A DNA stretch of 64,000 nucleotides from Hormiphora californensis (GCA_020137815.1 CM035357.1:5890001-5954000), one strand, 5' to 3'; counted from the stretch's first letter, positions 37,380 to 49,610 are shown. Translations and numbers: made by a program. The notes: generated by a model from the letters alone, not told the origin.

Positions 37380-38836
37380 ATTCAATTCAATTCAATTGTT
37401 ACATTTGATACCCCGCAAATTGACTTAATATAGCTAAGAGATAAACGCAAAAAACAGAGAAAAAACTCCTAATTAAAACGCCAGAGCTCTTAAGCCAGCC
37501 TTCTTATGCGGCAGTCCATACAGAAACAGTAGATAGATAAAAGTGGGTACACACTGAGGGACTGTATGAATAAGTTAATTAAGATAGTTATAATTTAAAA
37601 AAGAAGAAATTAGAATTCCAATCATAAAAAGAGTAGATTAATGATTAAAAGTTGATTCAGTAGATAACGGTGTAGATAAGCTATACGATTACTTGGTAAA
37701 AAAGATATAAAAAATCACTGCACTCAGTATAAAAAGGGGCTAGACTCGGAACTCAGAACAGAACAAGACACGTAAAACAAGACAGACAGCGACTAGACAG
37801 ATCTCTTCTAACAAAGCTACAGATCAGCCAGCAGGACCGTATGACTTGTCAAAGAGGTGCGTCTTCAGCCTCGATTTGAAGAGTGACTCATCTGTGCAGC
37901 TTCGAATTGTTTGAGGCAGGATATTCCACAGTCTCGGTCCTGCTACTTGAAAAGCACGCTGAGAAGTCTTATACTTAGTGGAAAAGTCTTTTTGGAGAAG
38001 TGTTGGATCATCATCATGTCTCAGTGATTTGCACTTTAGTTGCCGCCTTTGTATTAGACTCTGTAGGTAGGATGGTGCTAGATTGTTGATGCACTTGAAA
38101 ACCATAAGACAGATCTTGTAGTCAATTCTCGCTGTGACAGGAAGAAAATGCAGCTGCTTTCTCAGTTCTGTTACTCCTCTCCATTGCCACCTTCCAAAGA
38201 TGAATCTTGTCGCTGCATTCTGCACTTTTTGAAGGCGGGTGATGTCACTCTTATCAGCTCCAATCAATAGGCCATTGCAGTAGTCTATGCGAGAGTGTAT
38301 AAGGGAGTGAACCAGCTGGACTTTGTTTTTCTTTGACAGTTTGTCGCCGATGCGCCTCAGGTTGTGTAAGGTCATGTTGCAGTCCCTGACTACTTTGGAG
38401 ATATGGGCTTTCATGGTGAGCCTTTCATCAAATATAACTCCTAGATTCCTTGCCTGTTCCGAGGGACTGATGTACGTTGCCGGTTGATCAGATCTACGCA
38501 GAGAGAAAGACTCATCATGAGCGATGGGATTTGTAGTTTTGTCAGTCCGCGATGATATAAACAGTAGTTCTGTTTTGGAGGGGTTGAGTTTCAAATAACT
38601 CGATGCCATCCATTGCTCGATTTCAGAGAAACATTGTCGAAGCTGATCTTCATTTTGTGTCCAGTTGTTGTTGGTAAACTTCACATATATAATAAATAAA
38701 TAATAAAAATGACAGTTTATATCCCGCACTGACACAGTTTTAATTACAGACAACTCGTTTTCCTTCATTTGAAAGGGACTGCAGCAGACTGCCTGCTCCT
38801 AGCACGGTTCTCTGATAACGGTGAATTAGTCGGGAA

Positions 38837-39802
38837 CTATCCCACTTGGATAACATTGTTACGGATAAAATAGCAGCCGTCTGGATCTTCTAGTCGTATC
38901 CGTTTCAAAGTGGACCTGAGAGCTTTTTGCTCCTTCAGTTCAGAGGGCGTTAGATCCGGAGATAGATAAACAGCCGAAAACTGTTTGGAGTCTTTGAGGT
39001 TTCGTGCTTTTTTGAGCAGCGCCAGGAGAGTCGCTCTCCTCTCCAGGGATACTAAGAGCGGTCTAGGACGTTTCTCATTTCTTTCCCCGATGCGTTTTAT
39101 CGTTGTCACTTTCGGTTTCTCTTGCAGTTCCTCAAAAAGTTCGTCTAAAGTAGTTTTAGCTACTCTATCGGTTGTTTCTTGGAGACCAAACACAATCAGG
39201 TTCTTCTCTCTTCCGGGCTGTTGGACGGGAGTAGGGTGGTGCGACGTTAGTGGTTTTACCACTTTAGGGGAGGTTGCAGCACAATTCTGTGCAAGCACAG
39301 AAGAGTAGGCTTTCACCTTCTTCACCGAAGTTGACACTGCACTTAGTTGTTGCTTTTGGGCTTCAATAACCGTTTGCTGAAGCTCAATCACGCTAAGACG
39401 GTGGCGATCAAGTTCTTCTTTGCATTCACGTAGTTGCTTCTCGAGTTTTTCTGCGCTGATAACATTTTCAAAATTGTTCATTGTTGCTCTGGCAAGTTTC
39501 ATACTGGAGAGAAAAATACGCGAAGTAGCCTCAACAATTTCATTCGCAGTTAAGTCCTTGAGACAGTGACTGAAGTACGAACCCCAGTGATTGCAAGGGG
39601 AAGCTACACTGTCGTTGGTTAACATTGAGTCGGGTGCAGCTTGGATCGATTTATAACATTGAATAAACTGATCCGATGTGATACTCGTCGTGTTGGGATC
39701 ATCAGCAGAGTTCAACCAGTAAACTTCAGACACAAAGTCGTTTACTGTCTCTTCCAATCGTTTTATCGCAGGGTTATCGCCCTCGTACTTCGTTTCTGAC
39801 AT
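38837..39802 (-). CDS. LINE ORF1-like protein (coiled coil plus RRM/CTD-like region)
   Basis: MSETKYE...; coiled coil, then REKNLIVFGLQE...RIG...RPRPLLVSL...VYLSPDLTPSE; same architecture as 26336-27304. Confidence 0.8.
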   Translation of the reverse strand: MSETKYEGDNPAIKRLEETVNDFVSEVYWLNSADDPNTTSITSDQFIQCYKSIQAAPDSMLTNDSVASPCNHWGSYFSHCLKDLTANEIVEATSRIFLSSMKLARATMNNFENVISAEKLEKQLRECKEELDRHRLSVIELQQTVIEAQKQQLSAVSTSVKKVKAYSSVLAQNCAATSPKVVKPLTSHHPTPVQQPGREKNLIVFGLQETTDRVAKTTLDELFEELQEKPKVTTIKRIGERNEKRPRPLLVSLERRATLLALLKKARNLKDSKQFSAVYLSPDLTPSELKEQKALRSTLKRIRLEDPDGCYFIRNNVIQVG

Positions 39803-39858
39803 TATCAACGTTTCGTTTTTCTGCCCTTTGGGGCTGTTACATCGGATTCATCTTCCTG

Positions 39859-39893
39859 CTCAAATTAATTTGTTTAAAGTAGTGTTGAAAAGT
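39859..39893 (-). other. Genomic copy of a ctenophore trans-spliced leader exon (ACTTTTCAACACTACTTTAAACAAATTAATTTGAG)
   Basis: The sequence is read directly. The match to the Hormiphora/Pleurobrachia SL is from memory and needs confirming. It is followed by mRNA-like sequence rather than a GT donor, so it is not an SL RNA gene. Confidence 0.8.
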
Positions 39894-40611
39894 CGTCTGC
39901 GTAAAGGTGAATCCTCATCGCATGTTTGGCCGCAATTTTCTCGAGGTCTTTCGTGAACAGAATAAACATAAGGGGCCCCAAGATGGATCCCTGGGGCACT
40001 CCAATGTATACATTTACTTCAGCAGACTGGTAATCACCTATTTTGACAACAGCTTTCCTTCCTTCGAGATAAGAAGAGAACCATTTGAGAGCTGTTCCAC
40101 TGACTCCATACATGTTCTGCAGGCGACGTAGAAGGATTGTATGAGGAACAGTATCAAAGGCAGCAGAGAGATCGAGTAGAAGGAGTACTGCCTTACTTTT
40201 CTTGTCAGTCATCACGAGTAGATCATTAAAGATCTTCAGGGTGGCCGTTTCACATGAGTGTTTCTTTCTGTCAGCACTCAAGAAACACCCAGATTTTAAC
40301 GCTGGCCTGGAAAGCACCCAGATTTTCACTTTGCCCGTTGGCAAACGCCGCTGACCCCCGCAGTGCGGGATAAGGCAGCTTAGGCAGCGCTTTTCAACGC
40401 TTTTCAACTTTGCCCGTCGCGACGACAAAATTTGACGAGAAAATTTTCAGCGCGAGCGCGCGGCTCAAGAAAGTCAGTTTTTGCAGCGTTTTAACCATTT
40501 GTGTCCGGACACAATTCGCGCGTTACATTAAATGCAACGCATAATAATGATAAACTGTTCCTGCGCGCGATGTTTTTCAATTCAGATTTTTTTTAACTGT
40601 CTGATTTTCCA

Positions 40612-42675
40612 GGGATCCCTAAAAAAGTGTAAAGTCCATTTTTATTCAACTGTTCACCCTCCAACTCGTGCGCGTGCGATATTTAAATTTACGCTGCGCG
40701 CGCTACACGTTAACATGTGATAGACGCGCAAAACAATTCCGCGCACGACTTTGGGGGTGAACAGTTGAAAAAAAAGTTTTGACAAGTTTTACAAGTTTTT
40801 GACAAGTTTGACAAGTTTTAAAAATAATTCAGGTCGGTGTTACCCGACCCATGAAAATACAATAATAATTTAATTAATAATTTAAAAACACACTCAAAAG
40901 ATAAATATAATTAAAAATAAAAGAAAATCTGGAGAAGTGGGGAGGGAGATGGGGGAGGGAGAAGGGATCAAGGTATGTGTGTATGGGGGGGGGGGGGGGG
41001 TGCATAGTGATAGAGTTGGTGGTAAGTGTAGAAGAGAACAGTGTGGTTAAGGGAGTGGGAATGACCGGGTGGAAGGGTGAGAGAGAAACAAGATGCTAAG
41101 AGAGAGGTGAACAGCAGTGAGGTGGAGAGGGAGCACTTAAACCGGGGGAAAGGAAGAAGGGGATAAAGGTGGCAAGACAACGTGCGGGAGGCGGGGGACC
41201 GGAGGTAAAGGAGGACTGAGGCTGACGAAGAGCACTGAGAGCAGCTAGGGATGGGTTCCAGGGAAGGGGCAGCGAGGTCTGGAGAAAAAGGGTGAGATGA
41301 AGGAGGGCCGGAGGTGAGGAATGGAAAAGGTGAGAGTACCAGAAGAGCAAGAGGCGAGACGATGATCCGGATCAAGAAGGGGGGGGGGGGCTGGAACGAG
41401 GAGGGAAATGGAGGTCAAACCAGCGGCGGAGACGACGAGAAGGAAGCGGAGTGTCGGTGGAGCCTGGCTGTCGGGGACGGGGGACTGACGGAGAGATACA
41501 ACTCAGAGAGAGGAAGTAGTTGGCCACATTGATGCCTGAGTGAGATCGAGGTCGCGCAGCGACCGAGATCGATCTCACATCTAGGCCTCCGGTCCGTTAT
41601 TGATTTTAGAGCAAACTTTTTCAAAGACCTGGCTGCAAGGAACTACTGAACCGATTTACATCTCGTTTGTTGCTCCTGCCAGATAATTGTCTTTAGTTTT
41701 ACGGAAAATACCCGCGAGTATCAGCATTTGAGGAATAGTGGGTCAAAATTGACGCTAAACATGAGCAATTCTTTAAAGACCTGGCTGCAAGCTCGTACTC
41801 GGTCCTGGGACAATCTGCGGGTACTGGGGGAATCGTCATGGCCTTGTGAGTATGGGAAAATACCCGCCGATTCATCACGATGCGAAATGAGGCCATAATT
41901 GACCTTTGAGTAGTGCTAGGTCAGCTAAAATGGTCTCCAAAAACGGTATATCACGCGCGATCTGCTGAAAACGTGCTTTATATCGCGCGCACGTGAGTTC
42001 TTGCTCTCAACGGGCCGGGATCCTATTATTCGCGGAGCGAGAATAGGATGCGATGGATCCAAAGGAAGTAGATGGAAACCACGGACAGGAAGAAGGGCGG
42101 TGAGGGCTGGAAACGGTGAAGGAGGGCCAGAGATTGAGGTGAGGAAGGAGGAAGGAGAGCACCCAGTGGAGTATAAAGTCCATTTTTATTCAACTGTTCA
42201 CCCTCCAACTCGTGCGCGTGCGATATTTTAATTTACGCTGCGCGCGCTACACGTTAACATGTGATAGACGCGCAAAACAATTCCGCGCACGACTTTGGGG
42301 GGTGAACAGTTGAAAAAAAATGGAGTATAAAGTCGGATTTTTTGAAGTTGTCACCCCCCCTTCTCGTGCGCGGAATGTTTTTGCGCGTCACATCACGTGT
42401 TAACGTGTGGTGTGCGCGTCAAAATTGATAAATTTCACATGCGCGGTCATTTTGGGGTGACAACTTCAAAAAATCCGACTTTAAAGTCCATTTTTTTTTC
42501 AACTGTTCACCCAAAATTGAAATTTCAGTGAAATTTAGAATTTTCGTGGCGCGCGCTACACGTTAACATGTGATAGACGCGCAAAACAATTCCGCGCACG
42601 ACTTTGCGGGGTGAACAGTTGAAAAAAAATGGACTTTAAACGCTGTGTAAATACTGAACTTTTTTAGGGGTCCCT
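40612..42675. mobile_element. Putative non-autonomous DNA element with hairpin subterminal repeats of about 140 bp
   Basis: Short inverted ends CCCTAAAAAAGT / ACTTTTTTAGGG; repeated TTCAACTGTTCACCC...GGGTGAACAGTTGAA units at 40630-40775 and 42175-42640. Confidence 0.5.
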
Positions 42676-43190
42676 GTTACGATCTGGGTGTTTGGAGGCC
42701 TGTTTACAGGTGCGCGCTGCCAAAAAAGTTGATTCACTAAAATGGCTCTAACCGCCAAACCACCTAACCGTTTTGGCTGATTCAAAGTTTATATGGTAGG
42801 GAATGTCAAGGCCTAACCCCAACCCAAACCCCAACCCTAACCCTAACCCTACTTTAGCCCTAACCCTAAAAAACCGTTTGTCAGCACTCCCAAAACACCC
42901 AGATTTTAACGCTGGCCGATTTTCCAGGCCCAGGTCGGGCGCCGTTACGATCTGGGTGTTTGGTGGCCTGTTTACAGGTGCGCGCTGCCAAAAAAGTTGA
43001 TTCACTAAAATGGCCCTAACCGCCAAACCACTCAACCGTTTTGGCTAATTCAAAGTTTATCTGGTAGGGAATGTCAAGGCCTAACCCCAACCCAAACCCC
43101 AATCCTAACCCTAACCCTACTTTTGCCCTAACCCTAAAAAGCCGTTTGTCAGCACTCCCGAAACACCCAGATTTTAACGCTGGCCGCCCA
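42676..43190. repeat. Tandem 268-bp units containing telomere-like (CCCTAA/CCCCAA) runs
   Basis: Units start at 42676 and 42944. Confidence 0.85.
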
Positions 43191-44262
43191 GGTCGGATTT
43201 TTAAGTTCCCTCCAACACGCTTGAAAAGCGCTGCCTTATCCCGTACTCGGTACTGCAAACTCATTAGGGTGAGCAGTGTTTGCCAAGCGCTGCCTTATGA
43301 CTTATCTCGCACTACAGACTACAGTCTACACCCCAAGGATGCAATGCCTGTACGAATACACCCCACAGTCTCTACAAAACAAACGATGAAATTTCAAGTT
43401 TTGGTAAATCCCAGTCGCCAGGGTTTCGGAAGAGTCTTTGAAACAGGGCATTGGCCATTTTCATGATTTTGAAAATATCTCAAAATTTTAGTAAAATAAT
43501 TTTAGTTAAGTTTAGGTTACTAACACTCCTTCACTTTGCATCGAATAAAACACGAGTTTGTTGTAGATCTCATTGTACAATTTCGATATCGAAAACGTGG
43601 TCATTTTATATTGGATGTGAAATTAAGGAGCTATTACAATTCACAAAAAGGGTGGCACGCTACTTTTGGCACGTGATGATGTAAATTGTAACCGCTCCTA
43701 TTATTTATTTTCAAAATAATGTGCACGTTGCAACACGGTGTCAGGCCTGTGAGATCAGGGGAAGAGAAGAAATTACTAATTGATAATAAATATAAGATAT
43801 GGTTACACAATCCCTGATGTCCCAGGTCCCTTGTGGGTTGTGTTATTTGTTACACAACCAGAGATTTTATAACTGATATCTGAGTTATTTAGTTTAGACT
43901 AGATTAAAATCCAGTAAAAATTTGCTTTTTTAATTTGTTCTACCTGTTCGAAAGATTATTAAAGGGCCGGCTGACAGTAGATACATGGTATGCAATGTTC
44001 CCCACCCTTTGTAGTTTCAAGATTCAAAAGAGAAAAGTTGCTGTGGCCTGATCCAAAGACATTCAAGGTGTACCTTACAAACCTGTTAAAACGCCAGAGC
44101 ACTGGGTTTGACGCACAACATGTTTTGAAAGAACAGCATAGTTAAATATTTCATGAAGTGTAAATGGTATAATAATTACTAATAGATGATAACAATGGTC
44201 AATGAACACAATACTAAACTCACGTAATGTAATTAGTGGTATACATTAGATTTAGACCTTAC

Positions 44263-44864
44263 CTGCTAAAGTATAATAGTAGTCAGATGCTCTGTCATAA
44301 ATGCTAAAAGAGATCGTATCCACAACATCGCCACCCCGTTTTGTAACACAGAAGGTAAGTGAACTATCTGCAAACAGGTAATTCAGCACCTCCACATTAT
44401 TACATGTGATGATGAGGGCGGTCTCTGTTTTGCTGATCGTCCAGATCTTGTCCGCATCCACCGGGGGTTGTACTGGCAGGTCTGTGGAGCCGGTGGTGCA
44501 GAAGTTTATATAATACTGCATTGGGGAGGTGAACTTCACACTCACACCACCGATTTCTTTGCCGTCCTTATCGTACATCTCCACAGTAATCCTCTCATCC
44601 CTGCCAATTAGTTCAGAGTCCGTCTTTATTTGGAGAGGTGTTCTCTCCAGGTCCCAGGGTATCTTCACACCCCGCTCTACAGCTGTCCACTCTGAAATAC
44701 AATAAATATACTAACCACTAAAATTAAACTATAACATTTGTTGAACCACAACGCATCAAATATTTATTTTATATGTATGTGAAATTATGTGACGAACCTG
44801 TGAGAACAACTGTTCCACAGAGTGCAGCTGTGAAGAGAAGGAGACGTATCATGTTAACACACAT
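44263..44864 (-). CDS. Uncharacterised secreted protein (partial; exons 1-2)
   Basis: Exon 1 MCVNMIRLLLFTAALCGTVVLT (signal peptide) ends at GT; exon 2 (about 44691-44263) EWTAVERGVKIPWDLERTPLQIKTDS... ends at GTAAGG. The 3' exon was not identified. Confidence 0.7.
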
Positions 44865-47307
44865 CACTTAGTAAAATGGTAAACATGAGCATGCGATGAA
44901 CATAAGAACACTATATAATATTGTTTTGTTCGGGAATACAGAGAGCAATTTAATAGAATTGTGGGAAATAAGGGAAAGTGTTTCCACCTTTTTTGTTACA
45001 AGCATACTGTTACAAGCATAGTGTTATCAGACTGAGAGGCAGCTCATAACCAATCGGGAATAGGAATTACAACATTTGCTCAGCGCATTAATGGCTCAAC
45101 TGAGTTGATGGCTTTGGCTATTCTCTGCTCTCGCATTCCCTTATTGAGCAAGGAAAATAATGGATGCAACATTCTTGGCAATAATCTCGCTCTCTTGTTA
45201 TCGTGACAGAGAGCCCGGCAGTGACCATATAATATATATGCTCTATTCTTTATTGAAGAACAGACTGATTCTATTCTTCAATAAAAATAGAATATAATCG
45301 TGCCTCTAGGTAAGCGATGTTTCCCTCTCTCAGCACATACCTGTTAATATGAGCTACGCATTATAAGCGGTCAGATTCAATAGGAAAACTTAGAATACCA
45401 AGAATTCGTCATGTTTTCAGATAAAGTGGTATGTCAACGGTACAGAGATAGATACCAATAGTACGGAGTATAGTGAGCGGTCTACAATTAGTTTCAAGGA
45501 ACAGGTGGAGTACAGGGCCTTCTCAGAGCTTGTTATTAATGGCCTCAAAACTGAGGATAACGGTTAGTAACCATGGTAACAGGGGGGAGGGGACGGCCAT
45601 GGTAACAGCTGGTGGTATATGGGGTAACGGCCATGAAATGAGCTACATAACCCCCATTCCCTTCTTCCACCCCTTACTCAACAATTCCCTTCAGGAACAT
45701 AAATTACCTTACTCTCGTTTTTTAAGAAACGCTTAAGTAAGAAACTTTTTTATAAGAAACTTTTCAAATGTAAATCACACAATTCAGAGACACCACAACA
45801 AAATATAACACCCCTAACTTGTTTAGTTTTTTGATAAAGGAGAAATTCTTTTTGTTTTTGGATTGCTTACACCTGTAGTTTCCTAGAAAAAAAGTTTCTT
45901 ATTTAAAAGTTTCTTGAAATATGCGAGCTTAATTAAGGCCAGAGGGGGGGGGGATAAAAGGCACTTTCCAATAAGTTAAAAAAATGCCCCAAAACCCGCC
46001 TAAAAAATTGGTAATTTCCCAAATTCTTTATTTTACTTAACCACATTTTTAGAATAATTTAGTCTAATTTTTAAAATTTTAAGAAAAATTTCCCTCTAAA
46101 CTTGATCAAAATTAAGAGAAAATATTTACAAAATTGTAACCTAATTTTTTGGGGGGGCCCGGAAACAATTTAAAAATCGAAATACTTTTGGGAAATTAAA
46201 CCCCCCAACGGTGGGTTAAGGGTAGCCCCCAAATGAACGGGCCAAATTTCCCCAAATTCCCGATTTTAAAACTTTTTTAATTAACCTCAATTTCTTTCCG
46301 CCTTTTTTTAAACTCTTTTGGCTAAACCGTAACAATCTTCTTTTTAATTCTATTTTCCCTCTCCTTTAATTTACGGTTCCAATTTTTGCCCAAATAACTC
46401 CCGGACTTTCCCCCAAAATCTTTCTGAATTCTCTTGGTCCAGCCCTTGTAAAATTTTACCCCCCCGGGCCCCCCCCCTCTGCACTTAGGTGTGTCCCCTC
46501 CTCTTTTTGTTACCCCCCCCCCTTCTCTCTTTTTCTCCTCCCTAACATTTCTTTTTCCCCCAAATTTTTTTTTTTTCCCTCCTCCCCCTCTCTCTCTCTC
46601 TCCTCTCCCCTCCCCTCTCTCTCTTTTCCTCTCTCATCCCCTCTCTCTCTCTCTCTCTTTTTCTTCTCTCTCTCCTCCTCTCTTCCCTTTTCTCTCTTTC
46701 TCCTCTCTTCTCTCCCTCTTCTCATCCTCTCTCCTTCTCTCCCCTTCTTCTCTCTCCCCTTTGCCTTCTTTCTCTTCTCTCTCTCTCCCTCTTTCCTTCT
46801 CTCTCTCCTCTCCCATCTCTCCTTCTCTCCCTCCCCCCTCTCTTCGCCTTGCCGGTCCCCCCCTTACCTGGCCCCTTGGGTCCCCCTCTCTTCCCTGGGA
46901 AAAATCTGTTTTCTCTTTTTTCTTTCCTTTTCTTCTTCAATTCTCTTTGCTTATTTCAAAAGTCCGATAATAACCATTTCCCCCAATAATTGCGGGGCAC
47001 CCCGGGAAACAAAAAAAAATATTAAAAATTATATTCCGGGTTTTAATTTCCCCTTTGTTAAATCTCCCAAATTTCCCAAAGGGGCCCAATCCCTAAACAC
47101 CAAAGGGATTTGGGATTTCCCCCGGGCCCAAAAAAAATATACCCTTCCACCAATCCGCCCTACACCAATAAGTAAAGAAAAGTAGCCAAAAAGGAAAAAA
47201 AAACTTGTTAGTTAAAATATTTTAATTTATTACTATAATTTATAATTTTTTAATAACATTTTACAAATTAACCTATAACATCCAAATCAATTAACACTAT
47301 AAATCCA

Positions 47308-48972
47308 TTACCTGGGGTAAAATAAAATATATAGGGTAGTAGTAGTATTAGCTGGAGCAGTAGTAGTATTAGCTGGAGCAGTAGTTTGAACAACAGGTGG
47401 TTTGGTAGTTGGATCAATAACAGGGGGAGGTTTCGTAGTAATACGCCCAGATTCGATAAAGAATAGAGGGTCCACTACTTTACTTGATGAACAAGCACAC
47501 CATTTGTTATGACTCTCACAGCATGGTACAACATTGCCATTCCCGCTCCAGTCCACAGTTGATTTGAAAGTGCTCTCAATCGACTTGTCAATATCGTTCC
47601 TAAAGTTATCTAGAGTTTGGTAAAACTCCACCGTAAGATTGGTTAGAGGAGTGGACTCCGCTGGATCAACAGATAAATCAAATACAAGAGGTGGATCGTG
47701 TAACACAAACCCGGTTCCTTTGTGTCCACTGCAGTCAGGTCTGGGATTGGTAGCGAAGTATATTTTGTAGCTATTCCACCTCATTGCCCATAATTCCTGG
47801 AGTTGATCAGGGATGAATAACACCCTTGAGGAGGGTGGTTGGAGGAAAGAGAGGGGGACACCGTCAAACACACGATCTGTTGGTAGGGAAAAACCAACGA
47901 TTTGAGCGATAGATGGAAGTATATCCATGGCACTGGAGAGCGCATTTGAAACGGTTCCTGGTTCTATTTTACCCGGCCAGGACGCGATAAAAGGTACCCG
48001 ATGTCCACCCTCCCAGGTCGTCATCTTTCCAGTTGAGCCTCCCCCATAAGCAGTTTTTTGGTACTCTCCTACAAAGGGGAAATGAGACCCCGCCAGCTCA
48101 CATTTATACTCCCACGGTCCATTATCTGAAGTGAATATGACCAGGGTCTCTTCAGACACACCAAGACCATAGACAGTGTCCAAAATCTCCCCGACAAAAT
48201 GATCAATTTCCATGAGAGTGTCCTGGAAGTGTCCGACCCCGGAGGCATTTTGGAACCTCGGGTCAGTGGCTAAGGGCACGTGGGGTTGTGCTAGTGGTGC
48301 ATACAGAAAAAAGGGTTTCTTTCCATACACGTGCTCACGAATGAAGCCTTTAGAAAATTCAACGTAGTTGTTTGTTAGTTGGTTAAGGTTTGCAGGTTGC
48401 TGTACGATGTCTCTGTTTGCGTACAGAGGGACGGAGTTATGCCACGCTGTAGGTTCCCCACAAACAGAACTTATTTTGACATTGTAAACTGGTCCATCAG
48501 TCACACAGCCCATATCGTTTGAGAATGGGATGCCAAAGTAAGTGTCAAACCCATGACTGAGAGGGTGAAACTTGTCCGTAATTCCCAGGTGCCACTTTCC
48601 CACGATTCCAGTTGCATATCCTTCATTTTTCAGAAAATGTGCAATCGTATTTTCCTTTTCGGGGAGACCACCAATTGAGCTTGGTCCAAAATTTCGAATT
48701 ACTCCCGTTCGTTGGGCGAGCCTGCCCGTCAAAAGTCCAGCCCGGCTCGGGGTACATACGGGGGCGGCACTGTGGTAGTCCGTGAACCGGATGCCCACAT
48801 TAGCGAGGCGGGTTATGTTGGGGGTAAAGGGGTTGGATGGGTTGTTAGGGGTGATGTCCGCATATCCTAAATCATCCGCCATGATGAGAATGATGTTGGG
48901 TGTCTCGGAGGTAACATGGTGGAGACATATCAGGAAAAGTAGCAAGTATGGCGATCTGAAATGTCCTGACAT
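47308..48972 (-). CDS. Arylsulfatase (ARSA/ARSG-like), single long exon
   Basis: PNIILIMADDLG, formylglycine motif CTPSRAGLLTGR, GKWHLG, FTSDNG, GKMTTWEGGHRVP; hydrophobic signal after MSGHFRSP. The C-terminal end runs into low-quality sequence. Confidence 0.92.
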   Translation of the reverse strand: MSGHFRSPYLLLFLICLHHVTSETPNIILIMADDLGYADITPNNPSNPFTPNITRLANVGIRFTDYHSAAPVCTPSRAGLLTGRLAQRTGVIRNFGPSSIGGLPEKENTIAHFLKNEGYATGIVGKWHLGITDKFHPLSHGFDTYFGIPFSNDMGCVTDGPVYNVKISSVCGEPTAWHNSVPLYANRDIVQQPANLNQLTNNYVEFSKGFIREHVYGKKPFFLYAPLAQPHVPLATDPRFQNASGVGHFQDTLMEIDHFVGEILDTVYGLGVSEETLVIFTSDNGPWEYKCELAGSHFPFVGEYQKTAYGGGSTGKMTTWEGGHRVPFIASWPGKIEPGTVSNALSSAMDILPSIAQIVGFSLPTDRVFDGVPLSFLQPPSSRVLFIPDQLQELWAMRWNSYKIYFATNPRPDCSGHKGTGFVLHDPPLVFDLSVDPAESTPLTNLTVEFYQTLDNFRNDIDKSIESTFKSTVDWSGNGNVVPCCESHNKWCACSSSKVVDPLFFIESGRITTKPPPVIDPTTKPPVVQTTAPANTTTAPANTTTTLYILFYPR

Positions 48973-49608
48973 ACTCTTCTTCTTCTTTTTCTTTGGAGCA
49001 GCTGGTATGTTGCCAGTCGGTGTTAAGGATCTGAAGGCTTCCTCAAGTGACACATACTCTATAAAAGGGTTAATAATTGTTAACTATTTGTTTTTGTTTG
49101 TTCGTTTGTGGTGTAGGACCACTTGATCCTATAAAGTGTCGTGAAGGCTCAGTGACTGGGATATTGAAATGAAATGTGTATACCGGAAGCGACTACATCA
49201 ACGTGAGACCCCAGTCGGCGAGCGGAGTCACTCTTTGAAAATGGCTTCGTAGTGATAGCACCTCGTCTCTGGAACACCCTCCCGGCAACTGTAACCGTTT
49301 GGGCCTACAAGGAAACTGAGCTTGAGAAGCTCCAAAAAGTAACAAAAGTAACAAAAGTAGCATAGTACCTTCCAAAAGTATTAGGAAGATAGCATATCTT
49401 CCAGTAGTAGCTTATCTTCCAACCAACTGTCAGAGCATTGGCTCCAGGAAGCAAAGCGAATACAATAGACCAATGGTAACTTGTCTGATGTCTACACGCT
49501 ATAATGTTCCATCTCATGCTCTCTCTCCACATCCCCTATACTCTCTATATAGTAGAGGAAAAACATAGCACCCAGCAGTACACTGTGCGTGATGTGATCA
49601 CAGAGAGA

Positions 49609-49610
49609 GG

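Larger units (their letters stand above)
38691..39893 (-). mobile_element. Spliced-leader-capped ORF1-only retrocopy
   Basis: Starts with an SL-like 35-mer, carries a single ORF1-like ORF and ends in a (TTAT/TTA)n tail; it splits the host RT directly after YADD. Confidence 0.85.
37380..40268 (-). mobile_element. 5'-truncated L2/CR1-group LINE, RT interrupted by a nested insertion
   Basis: RT motifs HSCETA, LLDLSAAFDTV, GVPQGSILGP, YADD (40268-39892), continuing IYVKF...LKLNPSKTE, RNLGVIFD, SRIDYCN, FKSRLKTHLF (38690-37824); (TTGAA)n tail at 37380-37398; TGTCA duplicated at 37375-37379 and 40269-40273. Confidence 0.9.

Noticed and set aside
39859-39893. SL RNA gene
   Set aside because: The leader is followed by CAGGAAG and a coding region rather than a GT donor and Sm site, so it is a processed copy.
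42803-43466. NPNPNP-repeat ORFs or a true telomere
   Set aside because: Short degenerate CCCTAA runs inside a 268-bp interspersed unit; neither a telomeric array nor a protein.
45750-47330. Homopolymer-rich unusual sequence and the 159-aa Ser/Leu/Pro ORF
   Set aside because: Looks like low-accuracy unpolished consensus around a CT repeat; no biological claim is safe here.
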